A stretch of 64,000 nucleotides of DNA. Source: the human T2T-CHM13v2.0 reference genome, Homo sapiens. The stretch is taken from NCBI RefSeq assembly GCF_009914755.1, contig NC_060933.1; one strand, written 5' to 3'. This document shows, one piece after another, positions 28,161 through 60,490 of this stretch (position 1 is the first letter of the stretch; each line of letters begins with the position of its first letter). The translations under genes and the position numbers were made by a program. The notes below the pieces were generated by a model, which worked only from the letters and a program-made list of their open reading frames with translations, was not told the DNA's origin and ran no database searches.

Positions 28161-29964
28161 TCCCCTGTGTCATGGGGTTGGTATGACTGGGGACACACAG
28201 GAATGGATGAGGGTGTCTTCAAGGTCTCATGCTGGGTGAACCAGGAGGTGGATGCACAGAAGCCGGAAAAGGCAAGGGGCACTGTAGCTGGCGCTGGGCA
28301 CATGGGTTATTTCCAATAGATACTGGGTTGTGCCAGAGGACAGGATTGGAACGATAAATTTGATGACATCCAGTTGAAGGTAATAGTTTAAACCTAGTAG
28401 TGAATATGTTCTGAGGATGAATGACTCTGAGGAGAGAAGGCTAGTTTGGGCTGAGCAGGTGAGTCTAAAAGAGCCACACTAAACTTTATTAACTCTTTGG
28501 TAATTCTTTTACATCACGTAATCTGCTTTTCTTACAGTGTATTGGTGGGGCATCTGAGTAGCAAATATGTAAAGATATTATTTATGAGCATATTAAGGAG
28601 GAGAGAAATGAAATGCTTTTTTCAGTAGAGCTAAAAAAGCAAAAACAAAAAAATTGCTGTTTCCCTAACTCTTCTACTTTTAGTTAAAGCTTTTTTCAGC
28701 TCCTGAAAAGCAGACCACACCCTATAAAACAGACTGTACAGGGCATTAGTTCATTTCCCTTTTTATACTTCCAAAGCACAGTAACTGTTAAAACACCCAG
28801 TGAAGAAGCATGGCCACTGTCTTTCTCCAGAAGAAATAAAGTAGAAATATTAGTTGAAAGGAAATGTCAGTCTGATCTGTGAAGTTTTATGTTCAATTTT
28901 AATCATCCAGAAAGAAAACTTGAGCATCCTGACTTAAAAGCTTTTTTTGGATCATGTATATTTAAAAACACTTTTAATAGATAAATGATTTTTAGTTAAT
29001 AGTTCCAGTTATAAACAATTTCTAGAATTGTAAGGGAATTAACCCAATATATGCATATTTCTAAATAATTTCTAGAATTATGAAGTGTCATATCTGGAAG
29101 GGGTATTTTGGCTAGATTTGTTATTTCCTGTGTTATTAACCTTATGTATAATTATGAGAGATTCCACACAAAGATGACAATTTTAAAAAATGAATAAATA
29201 AATTAGCAAGTTGAACAGTCTGATTTATGGAAGAAAAGCAAATTCTTTCTAATATTTGCTAAGGCAGAATTATTTTCCTAATGAAAGACACAATTTTAAT
29301 TTTATGTGAAATCATCATAGATAAGAATCACTTTGTAAGAGCTGCATGTTAAATGCATCGAAAATTCCAATAAAAAATGAAACTTTAAAACATCCCATTT
29401 GCAAAATATCATGTCACTTTTCACTGCAGGAGAACAGCTTCCAATGGGTAACAAGTTTAAGTTGATTTTTTCTTGTTGTTAGCTCAGGCTTTGTTACTTA
29501 TTTAGAGTGTTGTATAGTAATTTTTATCATGCGTCATCAGAAATACAATTTGTTAGAACAATGACTGTTGTGTGAGTGTAATTACATCTTCCTGTATGAT
29601 TAAATGAGGGCTGTATGGGACCTTTACTCAGAGGTGGCAGCTGTAGCCAACCAAGTTCAGCCTATAAAAGAATTCCTGGGACTAACTGGTACTAATTGTT
29701 TGCAGAACAACCAGTGGGAGTAATATTCATGAATACTATGGAAATGAAATATTCCAAGACCAAATGCTTTAGCCCTTGTTTTTTACTTTATTGTGGTCAG
29801 ATTATATTAATTGCATAATCAGGCCAAGTGAAGTGGGAGCTCTTGGTCTTTTGTTGTTTTTGGAAGAAAACTTAGCCTTCATCTATTCAGTCCTCTCATC
29901 TTATAAACAGGGAAATTGAGGCTTAGGGAGTAGTTGAAGGGTTATTTAAAGTCACCAAACTGTA

Positions 29965-30025
29965 ATATACCCTGTCAGAGTTTTAAGTACACTCATATAC
30001 CCCTGTCAGATTTTTAAGTACACTC
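29965..30025. repeat. Two-copy ~30-bp tandem duplication
   Basis: ATATACCCTGTCAGAGTTTTAAGTACACTC followed by ATATACCCCTGTCAGATTTTTAAGTACACTC. Confidence 0.9.
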
Positions 30026-30669
30026 TACCGTATACATGAGTATATTAGTTTGTAAATAGTGTACCTTATTACAATTTAAAAGATATTAGTTCTCAAGGTA
30101 AATATTATGAATATTCAAAACACAAACATTCAATTTTATTTTTTATTTTTTTGAGACAGAGTCTCTCTCTGTCACCCAGGCTGGAATAAAATGACACGAT
30201 TATAGCTTACTGCAGCCTCGAACTTGTGGGCTCAAGTGATCCTCCTGCCTCAGCCTCCTAAAGTGCTAGGAGTACAGATGTGAGCCACGTGCCCAGCAAC
30301 ACTCAAATTTTTAAAGCATGAGAGAAGAAAAGAGGAAATAGATGGCATAATACTTTCTTCCCACATCCCAAAGATTGTTGGTATGTGCACCTCACTTTGG
30401 AGATTTAGGTCATTTAGGTCAAAAGAAACTTGCTATTGAGGAAAGAGAATCTGTAGAAGTAGGGTTTAAGATTTGCGGGGATGGGGAAGGGTTTGGGACA
30501 CTCACTTTGGACATCTAGGTTAATCAGAGTTACTGCATAATGGCTCCCCTTCTATTTTGCTTCCCTTTATGTATGGGTTTGTTTAGACAAGGAGCAGCAT
30601 GACTCTTGTATGTTGCCATAGCACATCAAATAGGAAAAAAAAATAGCTTGAAGAAGTTGGTGAGGAAGG

Positions 30670-31090
30670 AGCTATTTAAGTCAGAACTCTCAGAGTGACA
30701 AACTCAACTAAAATTAAATTTCACAAAAGTCAATTTATTAGCTTTCATAAACGATAACTGTAATCTCCTAGGGTGACAGTGGCCTCCGGCATAGCTGGAT
30801 CCAGAAGCTCGAGTGATGTCATGACATTTTTCTTGGTACTGTTTTTCTCAACTATTGTAATACTAGTGAAGAGCCCTCTCCATGTGGCGGGGCACATGAC
30901 TACTATCAAGAGCTCCAACTTCCTATCAGCCCTGGTTAGCAAATCCAATGGAAACAGGACATTTCCCTCCTACAGTCATCTGTTCACCCCAGGGAAGACT
31001 GGTTGACCCAGTATGTGGATCATGTGTACCATGGCCCATTGAGTGGGCCACCATGATAGGTGGTCCACCTTTACCCATGGACAAAGGGTA
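30670..31090. mobile_element. Old MLT1 (K/L-like) LTR fragment
   Basis: AATTTATTAGCT...GGCATAGCTGGATCCAGAAGCTC motif. Confidence 0.5.
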
Positions 31091-31835
31091 AGGAAGCTCT
31101 TCAAAGCCAAGAGGAGACTTAAAGAAAATGGAGATGAGGTAGATTCTGAACCTCTCCAAACGATATATTTTCATGATGGCAGGGATCACACATGTTGGGT
31201 TCTAGAGGTATTTAAAAAGTTGTTTTTAATAATAATTTTAAAAACCCACCAAATTGTTTCTTAATTAATTAATCTTTGCTATTGACCCAAGCAAGGAGTT
31301 TATAGTGCTTAGAAATGCATTGCTATAAAATGACAACTAGAATTCCTTCCTCACTTGTCAAAGCACAGGCTTTTAGAGAGAGAGATATTTGTAGAAAGAG
31401 CAAATCTGTTTCTGATTTTAGTTCATCCAGTGGCAGGCAGGCTTTTTGGACCAATTATTACCAGACCTTGAGATAAATCACCTCATGAGCCATTAGTTCT
31501 TGAAGGATTAGCGGCCTCAAAGATTTATGTGCGGATTAATTGGAGTGTACATTAGATCGCCGTGTTTAAAACCGCAGTCATTCCTGCAAATCATTTTCAT
31601 TAGTGCTTTATTCAGAATTATTTAGCCTTGTATAATACTGCCATTGCAGGGAAATCTGAAAGACGTTCTCTTTATTTGTGGTCTGCCCCCCCATCACCAC
31701 GGTTGTGTTTAATAGATCTAGCTAGGGCTACATAGAGAACATCCAAAGGAACAGCAGCTTCCATTAAAGATTAGTTCAGTTGCTTCAGGTGAACAGTGAC
31801 TGAAATTTACAGGACCTTGTACCGAGAGAGACAAG

Positions 31836-31951
31836 ATGAGGTACAAGAAATATATCGGTATTCTGGAAGCAGCAGTTGGTATTACCCCACTTAACAAAAG
31901 AGAACTTCTACCTGAGAGCAGAAGACACGTGAACCTTTGGCAACAACCTGG
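31836..31951 (+). CDS. TJP2: Alternative N-terminal coding exon of TJP2: MRYKKYIGILEAAVGITPLNKRELLPESRRHVNLWQQP(G), phase-2 donor
   Basis: ATG with A at -3 (AAGATGA); in-frame upstream stop at 31797; possible acceptor TTTACAG at 31812; donor GG|GTAAGC at 31952; repeat-free context; resembles the TJP1 alternative N-terminus MKYQKYLTVLQMAIGVTPSN (from memory). Confidence 0.75.
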
Positions 31952-32793
31952 GTAAGCAGAGGAGGCTGGAAGCTTCTCACTATAGATGTAAATACTTTTT
32001 GTCTGTTTTGGGGACCCATATAGAAAAAAGGGTCCTCTGTCTTGTGGGGATAATAAATGAGTTCTTCATTAAGAACTTGTTTCTTCTTGGTGGAGAATGT
32101 AACTCCTAGACTGATTTAAAAATAGGAATGAAATTGTTGGATAATATTCTAATACCCAAGAAGATGAATAATGGGTGTGTCTAGAGCCCATTTTTACAAT
32201 CTAGACATTTAATTTTCTGATTTTGAAAATGTTTTTTTAACATGGTTTACAAATGTAGCAATTCTTAAGAATGAAGAAAATATGCCTTATTACTATAATG
32301 TTTTTCAACAATACAAGTGTTTTTCTGATTAAAGTGTATGTGCAGACTATGCTTCGGGGAAATACTTTGCTTGAAACAGCAGTTTTCCTTCCACATCTCT
32401 TTCTGCAGCCCCACTGATTTACCATGATGAAGAAAGGTTGAGAAGTTCTTTATGCATAGCTACAAGCCTTAGTTCTAACTTTCTTCTCTGAAGTCTTCTT
32501 TTGTGCTTCTTACACATTAAAGACAAGGTGAATTTAAGGTGCCTTTATGGTAGACGATATTTTTAGGGCCTGAATTTAATTTTCAAACTGAATGAGTCAC
32601 ACAGTAGCATGTACTGATCAACTTGCATCTGTGTAGCAAATATTTCTTTTTAACAATTAGATAGTTACTAGCTTATTTTTATCATATGAGCAATGTACAT
32701 TCATTATAGAAGATTTAGAAAATACAGAAAAATAAGGGGGAAAATTACCCATTGTCCTATCTCCCCAAGAGAACTACTAGAATCGTTTAGGTC

Positions 32794-33018
32794 AGTGGTT
32801 GTCAACGGGGAGGTGGAAATAGGGAATTTTGCTCCCCAGGGGACAATTGTCAATGTCTGGGGGCATTTTTTTTGTTGTTATAGCCCAGGGGTTGCTATTG
32901 GCATCTAGTTGGTAGAGTCTGGGGATACTGCCCAACATCCCACAAGGTACAGGACAGCCCCCTGCAACAACGAATTATCCAGCCCACAGTGTCAACGGTG
33001 CCACTGGTGAGACATTTG
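32794..33018. mobile_element. MER20 hAT DNA transposon
   Basis: CAGTGGTTGTCAAC...GGCATCTAGTTGGTAGAG...AATTATCCAGCCCACAGTGTCAA. Confidence 0.85.
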
Positions 33019-33381
33019 ATTTAGATAGGTTTTCTTCCCATCTGTAAAAGGGTACATTTTATTAGAAAAAAATAAATATTTCTTTGGGAAATCTTAGAGA
33101 TGCTTTAGAATGGAATTCTGAGGCAACATTTTAATTATATTATTGTTATTCTACTGTTATTGTCTTGAAAGTAAATGGAAGTGTGTATATGCGTGGAGAG
33201 GGCAGGGGGCATACAGAGACTCTATCAGAGTCCATGTAGGTTAATGCTGTTCAGCCAGGGCTGTGGAAAACATTGTAATGACTAAACTGAGATTCTCCAA
33301 GTAGCCTCTCGTGATTGGGCATGCGGTAGCCTAGACCTTAGTCTCAGAATGACGAAAGTTTAGAACTGGGAGGACCTTTGC

Positions 33382-33582
33382 CAGGGATGGCAAACAGGTT
33401 TCATGTGGAAGACAGGTGCCAGTTGATGGTTGGCTGCTTGGAGTATCTAGCTAGGAGGACCTGGAGGCCAAACCTGGGCTTAGCGGGAAAGGAATATCGC
33501 AACTGATTAGGGATGTTTGTTCTGAACCTATGATTAGGGAATTGGGGAGATGCAAGCCGTGGCCTATATATTTACCATTCCT
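33382..33582. mobile_element. MER102-like hAT element
   Basis: Termini CAGGGATGGCAAACAGGTTTCAT and ATTTACCATTCCTG. Confidence 0.55.
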
Positions 33583-33932
33583 GAATTCTAGTTTAGTGTT
33601 CGAATTTTACAAGTGGGAAACTCAGCCTCATTGGAGTCATCCTGATCAAGGGCCTGGCTCTCAGACAGAAACGGGATGTTCTTAGTTTCTGCCTCAGGGT
33701 CTTTCATGAAGGGATTCGGCCTAAACAAGCTCCCATGATTCAGATGTGCAAGTTGATTGCTAGATTATTAATTTTTGTTCAGAGATAACCTCTACTAGCA
33801 ATTGGAATAAGTACCCTAAATAGACCTAAATAGATCTCTGCTTCTCCTCATTTCCCCAAATCAAACCAAACAGAAGTCAAATTATTACAAAGTAGCCCTT
33901 AATAAGGGAAGTTGAATGTGCCTTTTTTTTGA

Positions 33933-36731
<2,799 letters not shown>

Positions 36732-36894
36732 AAAATATTTTGTTCTAGCTATTTTCTCACCCGCTGATATTTGTTTAACCTGAAAGGCGAATTCTTATAA
36801 GATCTTGTTTCTCAGAGTGACCCTCAGGTGGACTGGTGATACCAAAGTTTAGGTGGCAATTCACTTTCTCCATTTTTTGAAGACTGAAAACAGG

Positions 36895-37715
36895 GGCAGC
36901 AATTCCATTATTTCTGAGAGAAATGAAAACATATGTCCACATAAACAATTGTACACAAGTGTTCATAATGACCAAAGAGTAGAAACAACCCAAACTTCCA
37001 CCAACTGAAGAATAGATAATAAAATGTGGTATATCCATACAATGTAATATTATTTGGCCATAAAAAGGAATGAAGTGCTGATGTATGCTATAACATCAAT
37101 GAACCCTGAATACATTATGCTAAGTAAAAGAAGGCAGTCACAAAAGGCCTCATATCATATGAGTCCATTCATATGAAATATCCAGAATAGATAAATCTAT
37201 AGAGTAAAAAATTAGATTGGTGGTTGCCTAGGGCCAAGAGGCAGAGAGAGAATTGGGGGCTCAGGGAATGATGGCTAATGGTTATGGGGCTTTTCTTATG
37301 GGGTTAAGGAAGATCTTCTAAAATGGATTGTGGGCCGGGCGCAGTGGCTGACGCCTGTAATCCCAGCACTTTGGGAAGTCGAGGTGGGTGGATCACCTGA
37401 GGTCGGGAGTTCAAGACCAGCCTGACCAACATGGAGAAACCCCGTCTCTACTAAAAATACAAAATTAGCCGGGTGTGGTGGCGCATGCCTGTAATCCCAG
37501 CTTTCCGGGAGGTTGAGGCAGGAGAATTGCTTGAACCAGCAGGCAGAGGTTGCGGTGAGCCGATATCACACCATTGCACTCTAGCCTGGGCAACGAGCAA
37601 AACTCCGTCTCAAAAAAAAAAAAAAAGGATTGTGGTGACAGTTGCATAACTCTGTGAAGGTACTAAAAGCCATCCTAAAAACGGGCAAATTGTATGGTAT
37701 GTGGACTTCAGTGCA
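36895..37715 (+). mobile_element. L1MB-type 3' end interrupted by AluS (37332-37626, TSD GGATTGTGG)
   Basis: AGAAATGAAAACATATGTCCAC...ATAAAAAGGAATGAAGTGCTGAT...; L1 sequence resumes after the Alu. Confidence 0.85.
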
Positions 37716-37781
37716 TTTCCCAAAATCTTACCATTGCAGGGAATGAGCATGTTGGATTTTTAACAACACTGTCTTTTCCAG

Positions 37782-37902
37782 GGTGCGAAGTACCACATTA
37801 CTGTCATCTCCCTGTGAGTGGGATTGGCACCCCGGCTGCAGCTCCAGGAGCAAGTACTCCAGGAAGCACAGAGCTGTACCAGTACACGGCCCACGTTGCC
37901 AG
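37782..37902 (+). CDS. TJP2: 121-nt TJP2 exon: 5'UTR when joined to the distal first exon, coding (G)VRSTTLLSSPCEWDWHPGCSSRSKYSRKHRAVPVHGPRCQ when joined to 31836-31951
   Basis: Acceptor GTCTTTTCCAG|, donor CAG|GTATTT; 1 nt + 40 stop-free codons; ends in phase 0 like exon 1A. Confidence 0.8.
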
Positions 37903-38944
37903 GTATTTGCTTATTTAATCTCTCATCAACCTAGTTACTGGTCTCCCCCAAAATTTGTTCGAATAGTTACCGTTTTCACATTCTAGAGGTAGTCAGAGTT
38001 ACCATTTTTGATGTTGCTGATATATACATTTTCATAGAAAATTTAATGGTAATGTCCTATTTACCAAAGAATAGAAACATCTTACCTGAATTAATGGACT
38101 GAATTGATAGGTATAACTTTGCCATGGTTGGTGAATGCTTATTGAGGATGACCTTTCTGGCATGTAAGTAAGTACAACTTCTGTGGTTCAAAATAAATGC
38201 CTAAATTGGCATTTGGTGCTGATGATGTCTGGGATTGGAGGTCATTTTAATAGGTTATATTTTTTCATTATCATTGAGGTAGTAAAATTATATAACAGTG
38301 GTAAGCACTTTGATGAAAAGATAAAGGACATCAGTCACACTGGCTTCTAAAGATTAATTATGTCCAAGCTTTTAGTGAAAGAGCTAGGAGCGAGTATTAT
38401 CTATTTACTGATTCACTTTTAAGAGTGAATCAAATGAGATTTACAAGGTCTTAAATTTTGACAGATGTGGGATGCATTTGTTTTTTGTTACACTTTGACC
38501 TCTGTTTATAGGCCAGGCCATGGCTAGCTGGAATGGGGTTGTAATTTTTTTCATGTGCTTGTTTTATAATTCCTGTCTGTTGAAGTTGGCAGCCCCTACT
38601 TGGGTGGATTCCAGATAAATGTGTGAACTGGAGTTTAGTGGAGTGTGAATGGCACACTCCAGAAGAGCAGATAGTCGTTCAGATCCTAGTCCTGCTGCCT
38701 TCTAATTGTGTGATCTTGGGCACATGTCTTAATGCTTCTGAGCCTCAGATCCTTCATCTGTAAAAAGGGAACGTCGACATGAAACTAAATGAGTTAATGG
38801 GCCCAGCAAGTACCAGGCCCATGCTAAGGCCTTTCTCAGTGTCTAGTTGTCCAAATGAGGACATTCAAGTGGGGGAAGTCCTCATTTTCCACTGAATTAA
38901 CAGGGCTGGATGTGGGTTTTGTTTACTGAAATGTTCTCTCTGGA

Positions 38945-38947
<3 letters not shown>

Positions 38948-38980
<33 letters not shown>

Positions 38981-39050
38981 AGACGGAGTCTTGCTCTGTC
39001 GCCCAGGCTGGAGTGCAGTGGTGCGATCTCGGCTCACTGCAAGCTCCGCC
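38948..39050 (-). mobile_element. 5'-truncated AluY with 13-bp TSD
   Basis: About 30 uninterrupted T plus ~70 bp of AluY 3' end (GCAAGCTCCGCC); TSD CTCTGGAGCTCTT on both sides. Confidence 0.88.
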
Positions 39051-39072
39051 CTCTGGAGCTCTTAAAGGTCCC

Positions 39073-41398
<2,326 letters not shown>

Positions 41399-41554
41399 GT
41401 GAGTTGAAGGTGAAAGCTCGAAACTTTTACTTCTGTGCACCTGGGAGCCCCTCTATAGCTTCTTTCCCTCTTCCCTAGGGGCTCCTCGGTTTACAGGAAT
41501 TCTCAGGGAAATCACTCCAGCAGCCAAACTTCCATACTGGGATGGACAGACCCA

Positions 41555-41700
41555 GAGCAGTGGCACATCGGTATCGCCTGGAGGGCGTGTTAAAACACGG
41601 ATTCCTGGGCCCCACCCCCAGGGTTTCTGCTTCAGGCAGTCTGGGGTAAGTCCCAGGAATTTGCATGTCTGGTTTCCACTACTTTGACAACCACTAACCT
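41555..41700. mobile_element. MER5A fragment
   Basis: GATTCCTGGGCCCCACCCCCAGGGTTTCTGCTTCAGGCAGTCTGGGG. Confidence 0.7.
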
Positions 41701-42162
41701 GGAGAGTACTTGTAATGGCTGGTTTAGAGCATGGGCTTGTTTACAGATGGTGTGTGTGGCCAGTTTCTCTATCTGTGGGGAAGGGATTCTGTCCTCAAAT
41801 ATTTAATGAGCATCTCGCACTGTGCTGCTGAGGGAAATGTAGAGGAATATTAAGCTTGTCCCTGGTAGACTTTGGAGCCTAATTTGGAATCAGTAAATTG
41901 CATTGCTGTGTGTAAAGTACTGCCCTCACCCCCTTAAGAGGATGTGGCAGAAGGCCTGAAGCAGTGACTAAGTCAGGGGAGGATTCCTGCGGCAGGTGAT
42001 ATTTGAAAGGAAACCTGAGGCTAAAAAGTTATTGGCTATGTGCACTTATGGGGGAAGAGAAACTCGGAGCAGAGGCTGTACATTAAAAGAGTCTGGAGAT
42101 GCTGCACTAGGTGAGAAGAAAAGGTTTGTGTTTGTTCTGAGAATTCCATTGTGACTCCTATA

Positions 42163-43308
<1,146 letters not shown>

Positions 43309-43469
43309 GATATGAAATAAAGATGCAACTGTATAATGATCATGATGAAATGTGGGTGCTTACTGTGTAGTTGGTGCTGTGCTAAACATGTTACTCAAAC
43401 ATGTTACTTCCATCGTCTTATTTCTCATACCCATCCCATGAGGTGGAGGTCCAACTCTAATCCCCATTT

Positions 43470-46045
<2,576 letters not shown>

Positions 46046-46759
46046 TTTTTTTTTCCTAGAGTGTGTATATATATATAGCAATAAAGAGGGATGCTTTCCC
46101 AAGACTTAGAACAAGAAATCAAAATACTTTAGCAACTGAAGGATGATTCAAGCAAAGGCAGAACTCGATCAAGAAGGGAGAAGATATGTAAAAAATAAAG
46201 TGTCATTGGGAAGAATAGCTAGGATTGGCTCTGGAAAAAATAATAGAAAACCACTCTGCTTATGTGATTTAGTGTTTACAATGTAAATCTGAAGGACTTC
46301 TGAATCTTTTGGAAATAAACCTGGATTGACTTGTTTAAAAACTTAGATCATGTCTCAGTGACAGAGCTCAGCAAAAAACAAAAACAAAAACAAAAAACAG
46401 AAACAAACAAAAACTTAGCTTATGACTTTGGAGGTAGGAAAAGCTGAAAGCTCCCTACATTCCTGAAATTAAATGAAAGATTTCACTCTTGTGTTTAACC
46501 TGGCCTTCAGATCCTAGATTAGCAAAGAATTTGATGTACCTTCTACAAACCTGATTTTGTTCATTATGACTCCACACCTTGCTTGCTTTCCTTCACTACT
46601 CTAGGAATGTGGAAAAGTTTAGCTGGATGTAGTCCTGGCCTACCAGCAAGCTCTCCCAGAGAGCATGGGACAGAAAAGCTCAGAGACCAAAACCAGGTGT
46701 TAAAATCACACGATTCACTCAACTTGAAAACATAGTGAGAAGCAAGGGGAAAAAGATGG

Positions 46760-47104
46760 TGTATTAGTCTATTTTCATGCTGCTGATAAAGACATACCCA
46801 AGGCTGGGCAATTTACAAAAGAAAGAGGTTTAATTGGACTCACAGTTCCACATGGCTGGGGAGGCCTCACAATCATGGCAGAAGGTAAAAAGCACGTCTC
46901 ACATGGCAGCAGACAAGAGAAGAGAGCTTGTGCAGGGAAACTCCCTTTTTTAAAACCATCAGATCTCGTGAGACTTATTCACTATCATGAGAACAGGATG
47001 GGAGAGACTTGCCCCCTTGATTCAATTACCTCCTACTGGGTCCCTCCCATACCTTGTGGGAATTCAAGATGAGATTTGGGTGGGGACACAGCCAAACCAT
47101 ATCA
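46760..47104 (-). mobile_element. THE1 (MaLR) solo LTR with perfect 5-bp TSD GATGG
   Basis: TGTATTAGTCTATTTTCATGCTGCTGATAAAGAC...GGGGACACAGCCAAACCATATCA. Confidence 0.93.
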
Positions 47105-47261
47105 GATGGAGACTAACAGGTAGGTGAGGATACAAATGGGGTGAGAGATCCACACTTCTGGAACCCTATGCTTGCAGTGTCAGCTTTCCCTGCTGATGGT
47201 GTGGTCACAAAAACCAAAGTTAAGGTTGAACAAGGGGCTTCAACGGATGGGAAGTATCTGA

Positions 47262-49577
<2,316 letters not shown>

Positions 49578-49671
49578 GCAAATAATTATTTTTTTAAACT
49601 TCAAAATGTTTTACCTGACTTCAAAATTGTAATCTTTCTGTCTTGTGTCAGAGAATTGTAATGATGTCCCT

Positions 49672-49855
49672 TTAGCAGAATTTCCTAAACCTCTCCCATG
49701 ATGAGAATCACCTGGGGGGGCATGTGAACGCTGTCAGATCCCAACGCCCTTCTCAGACCCACTGAATTGGAATCTCTAGCAAGGGACCTAGGACACTGGT
49801 TTTAACAAGTGCCTCTGGTGATTCCTATCGTCAGAGAAATTTAGGACACTGTCTT
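49672..49855. mobile_element. MER5-type element
   Basis: GAATCACCTGGGG...CAGACCCACTGAATTGGAATCTCT...TTTTAACAAG. Confidence 0.65.
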
Positions 49856-50597
49856 ATAGAACCATAAATTTTATGAGCCACGTTTTCAATTTTTATTGAA
49901 CATCTCCCGGAGGTGCCTTTTCCAGGCCAGTTTCCTTTGTTTAAAGAGGCCCATGCAAATTTGCATGGCTACCCTGGAAAGCTATTTGCTTGCAGGTTTT
50001 TTCTAAGGCCACTTTCAGATCCGAAAATTCTTTGTGAATCTAAGATACTCTTCAACTTTAATCTGTGTTGATCGAGGATCCTGAATTCTTAGAGCTAGCC
50101 GATTCTGGTGATAAGTTTTTTAAAGCAATTCAGGAATGCAGAGGGCCCTCTGGTTTCCCCAGAGTACTGGACAGTCCCCTGGGCCTTGCTCACCTTATAT
50201 TCCCTCTTAGAGCCCCTGAGAGGAGGGCCTTTTTATTTAGTGAAAATTTTTGTTTACTGAAGTGTTTTTCTTAAAGTATTTTGGGGGTGAAGGGAGCTCT
50301 GAAACTCAGTTAGACAATAGAACGGCATTTGAATCAAGGATTCTCTCGTTGGAGTCAAATCGCATTTGTGGCATTGACCTTTTTAATATTTCATAGGAAG
50401 AGTTTCACAAACTTGATTCCCCAGCATTGCTTGGATAAAACTCACTTTAGTTGCTGCGAGAGCAAAAATCGTCTTGCATTCTGTTAAAAGAAGCTAAAAG
50501 GAAAGCAACAATAACAGCCACACCTCTCCTCCCACCCCATGCAATTGTTTTACTGGGTAGAGGCAAAGAATAGAGGGGCCGGAAAGCCGGGAAGTGA

Positions 50598-55945
<5,348 letters not shown>

Positions 55946-56339
55946 ACCAACCTATTTCAGAGACCTTATATATTGTAATATACACTGAAAAGTTGAAAAA
56001 AATTGTCCATTGCACAAACAATAACTAAATTTAAAAAGAAAAATATATGCACAAGCCTGTCTTTTCATGAAGTCATTTTTTTGCATACTTTCCAGTTTTT
56101 ATTTTTTTTATAATTTTATCACTGTCATCATCATACATTAGATGTAATTTGTGTTTTTTTGTTGATAATTATAGCATTATCATTCTCCTTGTTGTATAGA
56201 CTTCCTTATTACAATTTTAAATGATGGTCTGCTATGCCAATTATGTTGATTTACTGTAATTTAATAGCCCAGCCCACCATCATTGGACATTGGTGGTTTC
56301 CATCATTCATTATTAGATACAGGCATATAGTGAAGTGCT

Positions 56340-58672
<2,333 letters not shown>

Positions 58673-59539
58673 AGATTTGGGAAACATTTTATAAATAGGT
58701 GCTTAGATCAGGAGAGCAATGCCTTACATCAGGAATACAACCAAAATGTCTAAGTCCGGAGACTCGAGGCAAAGTGGGAAACGTTACTCACAGTGCTTTT
58801 TATCCAGAGGTGTGGACTTAGTTACTCCAAAGGAGTCCAGAAGCATAACACTTCTGGAGAGGCATCTACTGGACTTGTTTTTCCACGAAACTTCTAGACT
58901 TGTTTTGATCAGGCAGGAAGTGAAGCAACTTTTCAGGGAGAGAGCCCAGCATCTGCATCTCCTCTGGGACAGACCACACCTTTTACCTTCTACTTGTGAG
59001 CCTAGGACGAGTTTTGCTTTCCAATTAAGGGAAGAGCAGGGCAGGCAAAACTATTCTCTTACAAGATGGTTTTTTAAGATTTCAAACCCAAGGTTATATT
59101 TTTAATCGGTACCTGTTTGGATTCTCCAAATTAATTTATATGCTCTTAAAATAAAGACACTTAACGTCACTGCACAATTCTTTGCACATGGAGGACTTCG
59201 AAAGGAATAAGCACACTGAATTGCATTAGATGAATCCTGTCAGATAAGCACTTGTGACCTACTGGCAACCTTTTATAAGCTGATGATGGGAGAGGAGTTT
59301 CAATCTCTTTATTGGAGTTGTTGGAAATGTGCCAAAGAGATAACCTGGAATATATTGTCCTGAAAAGTCCTGTTTTAATATTTAATACGAACATCTTATA
59401 ACCCTCGGAATTCGGGTAGGCAGTTGTTGGGCTGAGAAATGTGGGGTACAAGGCCGTGTATGTGTTGGTTAGCCGGGCAGGCCTCTAGACAGGACCTAAA
59501 ACTTTGAGGTTTTCCCAGTTCGACTCTTCGTAGGAGAAC

Positions 59540-60490
<951 letters not shown>

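Noticed and set aside
29965-30025. Direct repeats of ~30 bp (also 43009-43073) as a CRISPR-like array
   Set aside because: Only two copies each, no spacer series, eukaryotic context; simple local duplications
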